A DNA stretch of 64,000 nucleotides from Octopus sinensis (Eukaryota): positions 35,464,001 through 35,528,000 of the forward strand of contig NC_043010.1 in assembly GCF_006345805.1 (NCBI RefSeq). Direction: 5' to 3'. Below, piece by piece: positions 1-15,582 of the stretch (the stretch's first letter is position 1; each line of letters starts with the position of its first letter). The position numbers and the translations under genes were made by a program. The notes beneath the pieces are model-generated. The model did not search any database, was not told the DNA's origin, and saw only the letters and a program-made list of their open reading frames with translations.

Positions 1-479
1 AATATAATCTGTCCATAAAAATTAGAGATCTTTCAAGATGGTGATTAACTGATTTCCAAGGAGCAAGCTCACAATAAATATTCTCCTTTGATATAGTATT
101 AGTTTACTGTTTGCATATTGCAGCTAACTGAAGAAGTTTGGTATCTTTATACCAAATGCTTAAGTTAACTGAGATTGTAGTGACCTACTCAGGAACAAAA
201 AAAATTTTTTTTTTAACGCCTACTTGCAGATTTGAACTCAATCTAGTGAACTCATAATCTAATATCATTTAAATTTTCTGTGTACATACATATACATGCA
301 CTAAATGTGTCAGCTTTATTGTATATGCACTATGTACATCAGATCTCAGCTGTAACTTAGTATTTAATCAAATTAACACTGCTTTTGAATATACACAGAC
401 ATTAACCAACTCTTCTCATTCAAATAAAAATATATATAAAGAACATTATTAATTATCTGATACTGGAATGATTTCTGTA

Positions 480-870
480 TTCTAAGTATGGCATGACACC
501 ATTCTCCACAATCCTATGTCATCTTGTCTGTGAAGCCTAAATCCTTGGATCAGACAATAATTGTCTCCTAACATATCTTCCTCTGCCTCCATTTAGCCCC
601 AATCCAATATTTGTAATAACATCCAACCCCTTTTTTAATTTGTAACCAACAATCACCCTTATTTTAGCATCCCTTTTTCAAAACAGGAATGATTGAATAG
701 GCCTCTCATAAATCTTTCTTCAAGAGCCTTGATTTCATGTTCTTTTATATGGGGGATCTAACCTCAGACAAGATGTAACTTCAACTCTTTTCTACACAAC
801 CCGCTCTCAACCTTTGTGATCCTACTACATCATTTTGTTTAACCAGCATGTACTATCTACTTACATTACA
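480..870 (-). mobile_element. Old RTE-like LINE 3' fragment
   Basis: Minus strand reads like a decayed RTE ORF C-terminus (ends near ...caagatgacataggattgtggagaatgg); heavily mutated, judged by eye. Confidence 0.4.
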
Positions 871-2926
871 TGTCAATATCAACAATCACCTCTTCTAATA
901 TGTCAATGCTCAATTTTTCAACACACTTAGACATGCATTCACATAGACACATACAAAATGTACTTCTTTTAATGAACTTTTCATGTTCCATAAAGAAACT
1001 TGAACTTAAACATGCTAACTTTATAGTAACAATATTTGTGTTATTAAGGAGTTATCTGACAGCTTGTGCAATCACATATAAAGCTGAAAAAGCAAAATAA
1101 CCACTACTATAAATACTACTATAGGTTCTAAATAAAAAAGTAAAGTCAACAGTATAGTTTTAATAAAGAAATTGATATAGTCAATTAAGCTAATCACAGT
1201 AAATGACTACTGCTTTATCATCTTTAGAAGGAAGAAAAACAGGACTCCTCCAGCAGGGCTCAAAATTAGAACCTAAAGACACAATAAATATTATATTTTA
1301 CTCCAGTTCTTTTAGTTTTTGCTAAGTTATTGCCCTAGAAGGGATATTAAAAGACTAGGAGGCAGGAAATATCAAAGGAACTTCCTACACAGCATAGCAG
1401 CACTGCATCTGCCTCAAACATCTTAGTACCTTTAAAGTGTTGACCAGAGCAGTTTAATGTGGGACTTTCCACATTCGTTCAACCATTCTACATGATAGCA
1501 ACCAATTCTTATGTGTACTTTGTTTTATTTTTTATTAATTTTATTATCTTTTTTTAACAAAAACTACAAGGTCTAAATCTTATACATGCTACCCAAAGGT
1601 AAAGGTGGGATGATCACAACTAGAAAACAAAAATTTATCTTTTGAAGATTCAGCCTCAATCCTCTGGATACTTTATATCCATTTACATTCCAAAAATACT
1701 AGACTTACAAGATGATCTGAAGTATCTGAATAAACTGAAATATTAGATCACTGTATTAAATTTTCTCATGAAAACACTGACAGAGGAATGAAGGATTACT
1801 TGCTAACAATAAGGCACCAACAAAAAAGGTTAAAGTTAACAACCTTATTAACATTACACACACAAAGTGCAATCATTACCTCTAAATACCTTGCCAATTT
1901 TTTTCACATCTAATGTGTTTCATAAGTCAATAAAAATAATTCATTAAAAACCCCGTCCAAACAGTTTCATATGCTGCCAGCTCATTTCCTGTCAATAGCA
2001 GCAAAATACAAAGCATATGGTGATATCAATATCTTCAATATGCATGCATTCACTTAAGTTTGTATGCATCTACTTGAAGACAAAACAATAGCTTTAATTT
2101 AATGTTCTAGCTGCTATCAAATTCATCCATATAATTTATTATATTTGATAATTCTAATATTACAGATAGAGTTGACAGTATACCAAACAACCAATCAGAA
2201 GGCTCAGAATTTTTTTTATCTTATCAGTGTTTTGTTTCAAGTGAAGGTACTTATCTATAGTGAATCTTTTTTTTTTCCTTGAGCTTTAAGACTTATAAGG
2301 TCTGTTACTTAGTTTCCATGGTGTATAAATGACTGAGATCACAACATTCCATTGTAGGGATGCTGAATCTACCTGACTATCTCATAGATCTATGATCAAA
2401 GGTATTTAAATCATAATCATCACATTTATTTTTAGGAATAATGTATTCTGGATCCAATATGTTTATTTTTGATAGACTATGGTTCAAAAGGAGATTTTGC
2501 AACTTTTTCTAGCAGGTTGAGTAACCACATAAAAACTCTTCCTAGACATAACAGCATTTATAGATACTGACTGTGGAATGATATAACTTGCATCTACAAA
2601 CAGTAGCAGCACCTTGGAAGTGATGACAGATTAATTGGCTTGCAGCTTGTTTCTACTCATGGAAAAAAGCTACTAGAACTGGAAAACAAGATGTATCTTT
2701 TCCACAGATCCTTATGTTTCAGAAGAGAATTAACTTTATAAAATGTCCAATATTATAAATATACACACATGTAGTCAATGTAACAAACACATAAAGAGGA
2801 TAAATTTATTTCTCTGTAGACTGAAAAATTATGAACAGCCTTAATTGATTTTCAAACCTTATTGGGTTCTCATCAGATGTTTACATCACTTAACCAATCC
2901 CAGAGAAACAAGTAGCCAATCTGGTT

Positions 2927-5210
2927 ATCATCATCATCTGTTTTCCATGCTGGCATGGGTTGGACGGTTTGATTGAGGACTGGCAAACCAAGATGCTGCA
3001 CCAGGCTCCAATCTGATCTGGCAAGGTTTCTACAGCTGGATGCCCTTCCTAATGCCAACCACTCCAAGAGTGTAGTGGAGGCTTTTTATGTGCCACCAAC
3101 ATGGGGGCCAGTCAGGCGACACCGGCATCAATCACGCTCAAATGATGCTTTTTACACGCCACCGGCACAGGCATCAGCCACACTTGAAAGGTGCCTTTTA
3201 CGTACCACCAGCACAGGTGCCAGTCAAGGGGCATTGGCAAAGACTACGATTTCACTTGACCTAACAGATCTTCTCAAGCACAGCATATAGCCTGATAATT
3301 GAAGGGTACTTTTAAACAGGCCGGTTATGCAACATTGGCATCAACCACGGCTACAATTTCACTTGGCTTGCCAGGTCTTCTCAAGCACAGCATATCTCCA
3401 AAGGTTTCAGTCGCTTGTCATTGCCTGTGAGGCCCAACGTTCAAAGGTCATGCTTCACCACTTCATCTCATGTTTTCCTGGGACTGCCTCTTCCACAGGT
3501 ACCCTCCACTGTTAGGGTGTGACACTTTACACAGCTGTCCTCATCCATATGCAACACATGATCATACCAGTGCAGTTGTCTCTCTTATACACCACATCTG
3601 ATGCTTCTTATGTCCAACTTTTCTTTCAGGGTGCTTACACTGTCGTGTATGCACACTGACATTACACATCCAGTGAAGCATACTAGCTTCATTTCTTTCA
3701 AACCTACGCATGTTCTCAGCAGTCACAGCCCATGTTTCACTGTAGTGTAGCATGGCTGTTCACACACATGCATCATACAGTCTACTTTTCACTCTGAGCA
3801 AGAGGCCCTTTGTTACCAGCAAAAGTAGGAGCTCTCTGAACTTTGCCCAGGTTATTCTTATTTTAGCCACTACATTCTCAGAGCATCCACTCCCACTAAC
3901 TGACTTGATCACCTAGGTAACAAAAGTTATGAACTACTACTAGTTTTTCCTCCAACATGTGATGGAATCTATCTTCTGTACATCGTCGGTGTTTATTACC
4001 CCTGTGCATCTGCCACACACAAAAACTATCTTCCCAGTTAACCTTCCTTTGATATTGCTGCACCTCGTGTGTCCAAAGCTTGCACCGGGTACATCTCATG
4101 GAGTTTCAACCTATTCCTTTTCTACAGATCGAACAGGGCCATCTACCTGAAGGGATTTGTGATTTGTCTACTTACCTACTTACTAAGGCTTTGGTTTTTG
4201 CTAGATTGTCTCTAAGGCCCTTCCATTCTAGACCTTGCTCCCACACCTGTAATTTCTCTAGTTATGGTAGTGACTCAGCTACTAGTACAAGGTCATCAAC
4301 ATAGAAGAGCTCCCAGGGATAGTCTGTCTTGAATTCCTGATATTGCCTGGAGGACTATGATGAATAAGGGGGGGGGCTGAGGACTGATCCTTGGTGAACC
4401 CCTACTTCTACCCTTCTTCACTATACTCTTCACCAACTCTCACCTTACTGACAGCATCCCTGCACGTGGCTTGTACAGCTCTCACCAACCACTTGTCTAT
4501 CCCTAGTTTCCGCATTGACCACCAGATAAGGGATCAGGGGACCCAGTCAAAAGCTTTCTCCATGTCAACGAAAGCAAAATACAGAGGTTTATCTTTAGCT
4601 AGGAATTTCTCCTAAAACCGTCTTACCAAAAACATAGCATCAGTGGTGCTTCTCCCTGGCACAAACCCAAACTGCATCTCATCTAAACTAATTCTCTCCC
4701 TACAGGTGACTAGACTATAGCCTACACCACCAGATATTTTAAGCATCTCGGCAGTGATTCCTGATGAGCTGGGGGCTTTCCCTGTCTTCATACTCTTAAT
4801 TGCTTTATCTACCAAGGTACTATCAATTCGAATAGCTGGTCAACATTTGGCAGACTCTCTTTCTCCCATTCACTCTCTTTATTGAGCAACCTTTCATAGT
4901 GACATCTCCAAGTCTCTCTCTTTGCAGCAACATTAAATGTAAGTGAGCCACCATCCATGCGGACACATTTCTCTCCTGTGACATCACGATTCTCTCTCAC
5001 ACACAGTCTTGCAATACAAATCACTTCAAGTCTCTGGTCCTCACAATGCAGAACATTGGCAAATTGTTTTCTTATCTGCTTCCCCTCTGGCTAAGTAAAC
5101 CTGTCTCCTAGCTTCCCTTCTGGCAATCTGATACAGTTCCCTGCTATCACCACATTTCCAGTCCTTCCATGCCTGTTTCTTTTCCCTAATGGCCCTGTCA
5201 ACTACAACGT
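2927..5210 (-). mobile_element. 5'-truncated RTE-clade LINE (RT remnant plus long 3' UTR with (CAT)n tail), inside TMED intron 2
   Basis: Broken minus-strand ORFs MVDKAIKSMKTGKAPSSSGITAEMLK, EMQFGFVPGRSTTDAMFL and CKLWTH; the 3' UTR carries the aaaagcacc/ggcatccagctgtagaaac motifs and ends in catcatcatc at about 2927-2938. Aligns by eye with 43090-45430. Confidence 0.9.
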
Positions 5211-8200
5211 TCCACCACCACGTTACTCAATTAGAGAAATAAGTAAAAATTATTCATGCTTGTGTATATGTTTGAAATAAAAACAGATGTCACACCTAAA
5301 AGCACTAATCACTCACATGAACAAATACACTTGAAACACGCCTAAATGTTACTGTATGCTTATATACCCATGTATTATTGACATAAATATCAATACAACA
5401 GGTAGAACAGAAAATAAAATAACTGGATGAGAATACTAGATGAAATTTAGAAATTGTTTAGTTGATGAAATAATGAGAAGGCTGCTAGAGATACAAATAA
5501 TCTATAAATTAAGACCATAGAGAGAACAGGTGGTAGATTAAAATAGATACTTGAGATGAAAATGGAAGAAAAGCCAATAGTAATAAACTAACAAGCTTAT
5601 AGAAATAAAAAGACTTGTAGCAACAGCTGGATTTCTTTCTAATTGAACATGGTAGAACCATTTAAATAATGCAAATTTCTAGTTCGTTAAATATATACAT
5701 AGACGATGGGTGGAGGTAATAAAAGGTACTGGGCAATCCAATAATTTTTTAATCCCTTTTAAAAAAATACCATTAACCAAATTTATTTCACAGAAACACA
5801 AAAAAAAAATGCTGTACTGACTTTAACTATAGAAGATTATTACTAAAATTTATTGATACTCAAAATGCTTAAAACTAATGAGCTGAATAAATAACTAAGA
5901 GGGCAGTAAAAAGAAAACATGTTGATATTTCATACAGCTTGAAAATATAGAATAAAACAGACTATAGTGAAACTAAATTCTCACCATTGTTTCTACTACA
6001 GACACAAGGCCTGAAAAATTTCAAGGAACACACTAGTCAATTACATTGACCCCAGTGCTCCACTTGGTATTTATTTTATCCACCCTGATAGGATGAAAGG
6101 CAAAAAATCAACCTCAACAGAATTTGAACTGACTGCAAAGTCAGAAGAAATGCCACTGAGCAGTTTGTTTGATGCAGAAATCATTTTCCCAGCTCAACAG
6201 CCTCACCATTCCTGTAATACCATAAAACTTATATTTTACCACAGACAACTATACGGTCACATGAATTTAATAATTGAATTCTTGCTGGCAAATGGGAAAA
6301 AAAAAAAACAAATGAGTCAATGGGGAAGCCTCTCCAAGTCATGTAATCAGCTATAAATAGTAACCAAAAAAAGAACAAAACACATGGTAGTCCTAAAAAC
6401 ACTACACTCAGTAAAAACAAAAGTTAGGAGGGCCACATTTGGTATACTTCTGATCATAAATATGCTGAATCAGAGCAAATATTAGGGCTAAACATAAAGA
6501 CTGACATTGTCCATGTGTATCATGATTCAGGTACTTCAGCTGTCAGAGCAGCTTGGATAACTTGTGCAGAGAATGTCATTTGCTTCAATATCTGAGGAAT
6601 ACCAAATGAAATGAGCAAAAGATGAAACCCACAACACACCTATCAAATCACAAAAGGCTATAAGAAACCATGCCAAAATAGACATGAAGCCTGGCCAGCT
6701 CCTGTCAAACCATGCCAGCATGAAAAACAGACATTAAATGATGAATGAATGATTGCTTAGAGGAAAATTTCAATAAACTACAAATTCATGTACAGGATTC
6801 AGTACATGTCACACCATCTTATCCCACATCATCATATCAATGGCTCCTTTAAAATATTTCTTTGCTCTTTTTAATTATATAACATGCACCATGCACATAC
6901 ACATTCATTTGCTTGGAAGAAGTCAACATTGCCATTTATTACACATACCACATACATTATCATAGTTGCTATTCAATTTCCTTGTTTCCCCTGATAGGCA
7001 CAGACATGGCTTTGCGATGAAGAACTTAGTTTCAGGTTCAGTCCCACAGCAAGACATTTTGAGCTAATGTCTTCTACTATAGCCCCAAAGTAATCAAAAT
7101 TCTGCAAGTAGATTTGATGGATGCTGTAGGAAGCCTGTTGTGAGTGTGTGTGTGTATGTGTGCGCGTGCACATATTTAGCTTGACATCATAACTGAGAGT
7201 AACTGTCACAAGTGGTGCTGCGCCAATTTTCCATAGAAACATGTCCAGCCATGGGGGAAAAAATACAGATGAGATTTGGCAACAGTAAGGGCATCTGGCC
7301 ATAGAAAATCTGCCTCAATGAAATTTGTCCAACCCATGCAAACATGTGAAAGTGGATGTTAAAATGATAACAATGATGTCTACAAGTATGAAAGTCTTGC
7401 AACTTCTCTAATCGTACCTGCAAAACCAGTTCTCTGTCAGTTCTGAAATGCCATTATTATTTATTTATTTATTTACATAATCGTACATTTTTGTTGCTGC
7501 CACTGGAAAAAATAACTTCCAAAACAACATTTGTTTTAATACTATTAAGACCAAAATTCCTGTCAAACAATAATCACAAGAAACAAAAACATGTATGTGC
7601 ACCTAAAAAATTGAGCATATATTGTTCACATGAACATTTGAGCAATAACTACTGGTCAAATACATGTACATGCACACCATACAAAAAAGCTGTCTAAATT
7701 ACTTTTCTAATTCTCAAAATATACTTTGACAGAACAGATGATTCAAATTTTGTTTCATTTTTTTTTTTAATTAAAATCTCAAATTTATAAAACAGATGCT
7801 TACATAAAACCAAAAGCAGAGAAACAAGAAGTCAAATCAAGCAAAGAAGATTTTAATTCATGAAACTTGAATACCAATTTATATGAAAAGAAGTAATTCA
7901 ATTTTTCATAGATAAATGTATTTCAAAATATAGTACATAGAAAGTACTGGGAGGCTTAAGAGCTTATTAAGTAATTACATTCTAGCTTATTAAGGAATAT
8001 ATATTCTACTTTACTGATATGGTCAACTGATCTAGTTAGTATTTGCAAGGTCTTGATATTCTGACATTAATTGCAGTTAAACAAAGGTTGGTGAAGGAAA
8101 TTCATAGATATTATTGCCAAGGTTGTGACACAAGCAACTCCAAAGACAGGTTTCAGTGATACATCAATGCTAAGAGTATTTATGAAGGTTGAATCAGAGG

Positions 8201-11200
8201 AGGAAAGTTAACACTAATTAACTTAGCAGGGTTTCTAAGACTTGTGGAGGGAAAGGGAAGAGAAACCACATCTAATTAGGTACTGTCCAACAAACAAGCT
8301 TCTCCACAGGTTGGACTGACCAGGTGCATTGGTAGGTGAAACTTGCCTAAGCTGCCATATTGTGGCATCAAACCTGGATCCACATAATTGCAAAGCAAGT
8401 TTCTTAACAACACAGCCATGCCTGAGCCCACATTACCAGAAGGCTACAAAGTTTTTAGGTGGATAATTAGACCCTAGGAAGACAAAAGACAAAGTTAACT
8501 TCTGTAGGAGTCGTACTTGGAAGCAAGACATCACAGAGCATTTAGTCTATCATTTGAATATTTGTCACTCACCACCCTTATCAGTGCAAATTGTATTAAT
8601 TCACTCAATATAAATCAAGGGGGGGGGACGTATATAAAATAGAAAAACAAAACAAATATTTCAACACTAAAAGCATGATATATTTTACTCAAACTAGAAA
8701 ATCCTCTCATATTTCTTTTAAAATAAACTTTTAACACCTGTAAACAATCTATACGCATCTTTTTTAAAACTCCATATGGTGTTGTGTCAACGAAATGTCA
8801 AAGAGACTAAGGCAATGCACACAAACTGACTGCTCTAACATTTGCAAGTACAGGTTGGAGGTAGATTTTTATTTCTTTATAAATATTTAACTTATTGAAA
8901 GAAATGGGATTGTATGCATTGTTTGACAAAAATAATCAATAAAGACACCATCACTCAATGTTCGGAAAACATTTACATTAAATATTTACTTTCGTTCAGC
9001 AACAAAAAAAAAAAGTTAATTACTATGTACCACCAGGTGCCATAGTTTATAGGTAGAGTAGTCAAAACCTTCTCTTGATGTTTTAATGCATTTCTGATCA
9101 GGATATTATTTACATCACCACCATTTTACATTACCTCTACTAATGGTGGTGGGTGGAGGCTGGCAAAGTAGCAGCAAAAGGGACTAGCAGTTTTTTTTAA
9201 TTAAAGATTCATCATCAACTAATGCTACGGAAATGCATGGAACACTGATGCTAATGAATCTTGTTTTTTGATTGGTTACTGTTAAATTCCAATGAAATGT
9301 ATATTTTAAGCTAAATACATGTATCATTTATGTAACAATCATAAAAATTTAAAACAATACAACATGGCTTAAGAATAATTATGTAGGTTCCACTGAAGCA
9401 GCATTTCACCATGGAAATATATTCCAAATGGAATGTAAATTGCTCCAGCAAACTTGCTTGAGGCACGGTCTTTATGACCAAGTTAACTGTAGAAGTTACA
9501 AATCTCAACTCTACTGCATAAACTCAAAATGTAACAATGACTTCTACTAAGACAACAACAACAATATGCTTAATAAATATATATAAGAATCGTGTGAGAG
9601 AGAGACAGAGAGAATCAGGCACTATGGTTCTATTACAGGGTCTTCAGCAGCTTGGAATGAGGATTGAAGGTACTAGCTTTGTCTTCATAATCCACACTAT
9701 GTTAGTATTCAAGCTATTAAATGCTTGGGAATTAGCTTTGTTTTATTATTTTATTATGTAAATGATATTGAGCCACTCCTCACAAACTGGTTTACATTTT
9801 TAACAAGTAGTCCTAAGCAACTTGCTTTCAGATGTTTGATAAACAAAGGTAACTGATCCCTGATGAGTCTTAAAATATATTTTTTAAAAAACATCCAAAA
9901 ATTTTTGCCATAAGCTGCCAAAAGTACTGTAGTTTAACCATAAGGCCTAGCTTCATAGACTATGTCTTTAAAATTATGACTGTATATGCATTCATATATA
10001 TCAATCACAATAAATCATTATTTTTTTAGTTTACAATTAGATAAAAAGTGACAGCTAGCAAAGTCCTACTCATAGAGTAGCCATAATTTGTATCCAATAA
10101 AAATGATATTGTGCTATACAAATTTGAATCAGTATGCTTTGGTGCAGATAGGTCCAGCATGGAAGTTTAATTTAATGCTCTAAGTAGCAAGGACAATGTA
10201 TTACTAGCAAGTGATTTGTCAACTAAGAGTGATGCATACTCACCAACACATTACATTTACTGACCAACAAATGTGCTGCTTTTTTTTTTCTGTCTCTTCC
10301 TAACCACGACTACAATCACTTCTCCTCTGAAGGTGGCAAGCTACATATCTCCTACCTTGGTCCACTGAATGCACTTGTCCCATTCAAACCCTGTACTAAA
10401 CATTTTGCAGAGTCAATTCTCAAAACTAGAACTCTCCTTGCTCATGTTATTTTGCCAGTGGCATATCCCCCAACATAGAAGCAGAAATCTGACAATTTCT
10501 CGATTTTATGAAGTATTATTTTTATTCATCTATTCTTAGTTGCAAGATTGAACTACAAACTGAGAATTTCTACAAATGTAAATTTCCATAAGACACTCTT
10601 TTCAGGACACTTGAAGTGGATGCATTCTTCTTTGAGATAGAGAAAAGTCCAGAGTCTTCCCAATAGAAAATAGAACAGACAGATGTAAAAAGTAAACTCC
10701 TCACATAAAATATAAATAGTGGATTTTAAATGAATGTTTTGGAACTGGTAAACTAATTCTGGTAACCACACATTTTACATTAACAGGAGTTTCCCCCATG
10801 TATGTGCACTGAATGAGGCAATACTTAAGGAGTTCCAGTAGTATCTTATTTCAACCCTGTAAGAATATCTTCTACATATCTAACAATCATACATAGTTGG
10901 ATGTGATAGAAGGGAAATTAGGCTGCTATTTCTAGAGATCCATGCTGAGTCATATTGAATAATGTATTCCTAGATACACTATCTGAAAAAAGACTGGATG
11001 GTCACAGCTGGAATTCTTTTAATTAGAGTTGTCTGGGATTAAAGAAACAACAAAGGCTTCTCAAGCCATTGTTTTTATTGACAGGTGGCTCCAACAGTAC
11101 TTTTAGCTTAGTCCTATTTATACACCTTGTCACTAGATCAAACAATCACTGTACCAAGTCTTTAAGAAAGACTTTCACTCTAATCAACTATTCGATTACT

Positions 11201-14200
11201 TTCTCATTCTATTGAACCATAAGAGAAACCACATAAGCAATTTCTATAGTATTTGCTCTACAGAATCATAGTTTCCAAAGTTCTATTTTGAACCAACAAT
11301 TCATTAGAATTTTATTCTTTCTCTTTTGTTTATCTTTAACTGTAATCATCAACATTGGATAGCTCTTTAACACTGTCTCATTACTTGTTACATTCCAGCA
11401 TCCCAAGATCAAACCTTATTATTTACTTTTTCATGGGCTTCTTGATATTTCACTTATCCTTATCTTTTATATATACCCAAATCTCATCTTTCACCCAATG
11501 ATAGCTAAAGTAGTTTACCACAAATTACTCAAACTTTTGGGAAAATAATTTTTGTTTCAGTGATCTGGAGTGCAGTTTTATAAAAAAAAAAATATCTGAT
11601 GACATTAATAGTAGTATTTGAGTTATTATTTTTTTGACTCTAATAAAGTTGAACCTGAAAAGATTTGAACTTAGAATAGTAGAGTAACAAACTTTCATGA
11701 ATGCTGTAAAGTGTGTAAAGTACTATTAACTGTACCATAACAATGCATGTATTTAAGATTTTAAAAATTATTAATCAAAAGAAGATAATGCTTATGTAAA
11801 TTGTGTTTATGACAAAAATACATATTTAAAAACAAAAATTAGAAAGGTAAAATATGGGTATAAACCAAGTGTTTGTCTTTAAAACTTCAAAAAATAATTT
11901 ACACAATGTAATTGTTAACTCTCAGTAAAACTCATTTATTAAAAAAAAATTAAATTGGATAAGTGAATGAAAGTGTGTTGATAAATGATTTGAAGGTAAT
12001 GAGTTCCGATCTGACTTTTGAAGTTCATAATCTTTAAGACAATGAATATTAGTTATAACTAAAATAACCTATTGCACTATAAAGATCTCACTGAAATAAT
12101 CAAGTATTGTTTCTGATTTGTGCCAATATTCATAAGTAGTTTACTCAAGAGCTTAAAAATCTAGCACAGTAGCTGCAGACCACTACTACAAAGCAAGCCT
12201 GTATGCATTAGTGCTTAACTGAAAGAAAATAGCCAACAGTTTCCACTTCATGGTTGTCAGCTTAGTTATTGTAGCAAAAGTAAAAATGAAATTTTATAAA
12301 AATATGTTTTAAATGTAGGACTCCTCCACTCAAGCATGAATAAATAATGTACATGATTCTTACTTTAACTTATATTTTTAATATATGTACAATTATATTT
12401 TAAAATTTGGCTTTTTTTTTTTTTTTTAACTATTTTAAGCTCATTATTCCATATTAGTATGGATTTGATCATTCTGTAAATTCAAGTTTCAGAACGTGAT
12501 TTACTGGAAAAGCCTTTGTATATTTTCTCCAGGTGGTTGGCTGTCTCTCTAAACTGTAAAGTTACACTTTTTCTTAACTAATGGTTGCTCAAGTAATTGC
12601 TTAAGCAAACCTATGATCAAAAGTATTCTAGCCATTACTACCCAAAGTTTTTTTTTTTCAAGCAGTATGCATTCAGGACTACATTAATTTATTTGAAACT
12701 ACACAATCTAATATGATCTTTTTTCTCACAAATTAGGAAATCTTTTTGGGACAGTTAGCAGACGGAATATACAATATAATATCCATAAAGTTTAAACACA
12801 ATCCATCATAGCCCCTGGTTGGTCTGCTGGATCAGTGCAAACTTGATCACTCCTTGATTAACAAGTCTTTCAGTCAAAGGCTGATAATATGTCAACAGCA
12901 AAATTTGAATACTTTATATTCCCATTAATTATATTTTCATTTCCCAGGAGCTGTCATGCAACTCAAGACTGATCCTAACGATGAATAGATTTACACATAT
13001 TGGTGAACATATGTTCTCTATGTGCATTTACACCGGGTTAAAAGTATATATAAGCATGCATGTAAACATCTATAGACACACGTTTATATTTGCCAATGTA
13101 ACTATGTAATTGTAATAATTATTCTACTGAAAAAATATGTATATATGCTATAAGGATTTAATGGATATGTATTGTTACTTTTCTATTTTTATTGCTATTA
13201 TTGTTTCTGCAAATTGGCTTAGCCTTCTCTTCATCATAAACAATACCAAACAGAAACTGATCTGAGTAAACATCCAGTTATGTGTAATTATGGTATGTAG
13301 AATATATATCATAATCATTTTTGTGCTTGATCTTTCATACTCATAAGGGTCGGATGGAAGTGTTTCATATAGTGTTTTGTTTTAAAAAAATATACGTGTA
13401 AAACTTGTGAAGCTTATAAAATTTACGTTTATTTTGCTGATCATGTGTTCAGACAAGTTTCAGCAAGAAATATATACTAAATAGCAACAAATATTCAACC
13501 AATGAGGAAGCTTGTATGTAGTTGCTCAACCTGCTAGAATAGACAACTCACTATAAAATCACATGCAACTAGCTTAAAATAAAAAAGTTATTTAAAGACA
13601 AGAAAGGCATGTTGGAAAATGTAGTAGGAGATAACTGTTTGAAAAGAGTTATAACTGGAATGTTCTTGATCATAGGTCTGCTGAATCAGAGATGATTTAA
13701 GCTAAGTAACAGATATGTGTAACCATAAAAAAAATGAAATAAGAACAGTAAAAGATAAATAATGACTCATAACTACAGGGAGAAATGAAAGGGGGAGTTG
13801 TGATGATTATTCTTTTTCCAAGAGCATAAATAACTAAAATAAAAAGATTCCAATTGAGAAGTAAAATCAGAGAAAAATTAATAAATTTAGACATAATAGA
13901 AATTTTTTTATATATTTTCAAATTACATTATAATGAATTATGTTAGACATTGTGTCTAATACCTGTAAAAGTCCCTTCTCAAACCGCTGAACCAAATGGG
14001 GAGTCTGATTTCTCAATATGCTAGAAATAGCTAAATTTCCTTCAAATTACATCCAACCATGCAGCATTTTAAACTAAACTATAATTATACAACTTCATCC
14101 AGTTATTGTTAATCCTAGGAAAAACAGAGACAACTGGACATTTAACTCACTAGCATACTCAAAACAACAATTTTATAGTTTTTATTTTGTTAGTTGAGTA

Positions 14201-14721
14201 GAAACAACCATGAGATGGATGGTTGTGCAAGGTTTTATAACAGGAAAGGAATGTTATAAGAGCAACTGGAACGAAAACAGTGCACGCCCATAGAGGACTG
14301 AAACCTTATATCTACTACATTTGATAATCACATAAATTCAAGTCCCACCAGTGGACCTGTTGCTCTTTATATATCAAACAGACAGTTATAATATCTAATA
14401 ACATTTACATGAAAATTTCAAGGAGAGATAAATCTGGTCCAGAAGCACCACAGAGACTTTTCGATGTAAAATCAATATTGCTTAAATGCTGTAAAGAAGG
14501 AAGCGATTTGGGAGCTAAATTTAGCAGGTTAAATGGCTAAACAGAATCAATTCTTGCAGGATTTTACATAGTTACTCAAATTCAAACAACCAGGATTAAG
14601 TACCAGATCAGATGGGTAATGTTAGCAGTTTTAGACCAGCAGCCCATGAAGAGTAGTATTAATCTCTAACCTGCTTTTCAACATAGAAATGAAGATAAGC
14701 AATGGCCCTTCAGTACATATA

Positions 14722-15582
14722 CAAGGTGGTATCAAAAAGTTCTAGGACTAGATATGTTTAATAAAGAATAACTTATTTACCTAAGTCCTATCTCCTTCAA
14801 GATAATCACCTTGCACAGCAATACACTAGTCCCAGCATTCCTGCCACTTTTAGAATCCAGCTTGGAAGTTTTCTGTAAGTGAGTTGAGGACCTTCTGCAA
14901 TTTGCTCTGGATCTCAACAACAGTGTTAGAACAGCAACTTTAGGCTGCATTTTCATTTGAGGAAAAAACATGGAAGTCTGCAGGTGCTAAATCTGGTGAA
15001 TAGGGCAGGTGCAGAAGCGATACATGTTGCTTTTGGCAAGAAACTGTCGAGGGAGGAGAGCTCAGCAACAGAGTGCATTGTTGTCATGAAGAATCCAGTT
15101 CATGTTCCACAGATCCAGTTGCTTTCACTGAATGTCCTCCCTCAAACACTTCAAAACATAACAGTAGAACTCTTGATTGATGGTCTGGCCCTACAGGATG
15201 AATTCTCAATGCACAATATCACATTTCCAGGGATGATGCTTATGGCAGATCTTCCAGATCACTCATCATCTTCCAGGGATATTCTACTTTTGAAGTGCCT
15301 GTGCCACTTGAAACATTGCATACAACCCATTGCCTTGTTGCCATAAGCTTGCCAAAGCATGCTCAATGTCTCTGTAGCAGACTTCTCAAGTTTAATGCAA
15401 AATTTAACATTAGCTCTTTGTTCCTGTCCATGACAAAATTACAGACTACAGTATGTGATTGTAAAAATACAAATTTCACAACTAGCGAAGTAAACACAGC
15501 GATATCACTGCTAGCTCTCACTGCAAATCCAACCAAGTGCTGTCATCTGTTGGCACACTACAGAACTTATGATCGCACCTCA
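14722..15582 (-). mobile_element. Internally deleted mariner-family DNA transposon
   Basis: TA flanks at 14720-14721 and 15583-15584; imperfect TIRs (caaggtggtatcaaaaagttc vs revcomp tgaggtgcgatcataagttc); minus-strand remnants of the N-terminal HTH (MLWQAYGNKAMG), WILHDNNA, PYSPDLAPADF and CIAVQGDYLEGD; the central part is missing. Confidence 0.85.

Noticed and set aside
6520-6591. Minus-strand acceptor plus ILKQMTFSAQVIQAALTAEVPES* as an alternative TMED terminal exon
   Set aside because: No similarity to the p24 coiled-coil/TM region; a 23-codon open frame is expected by chance.
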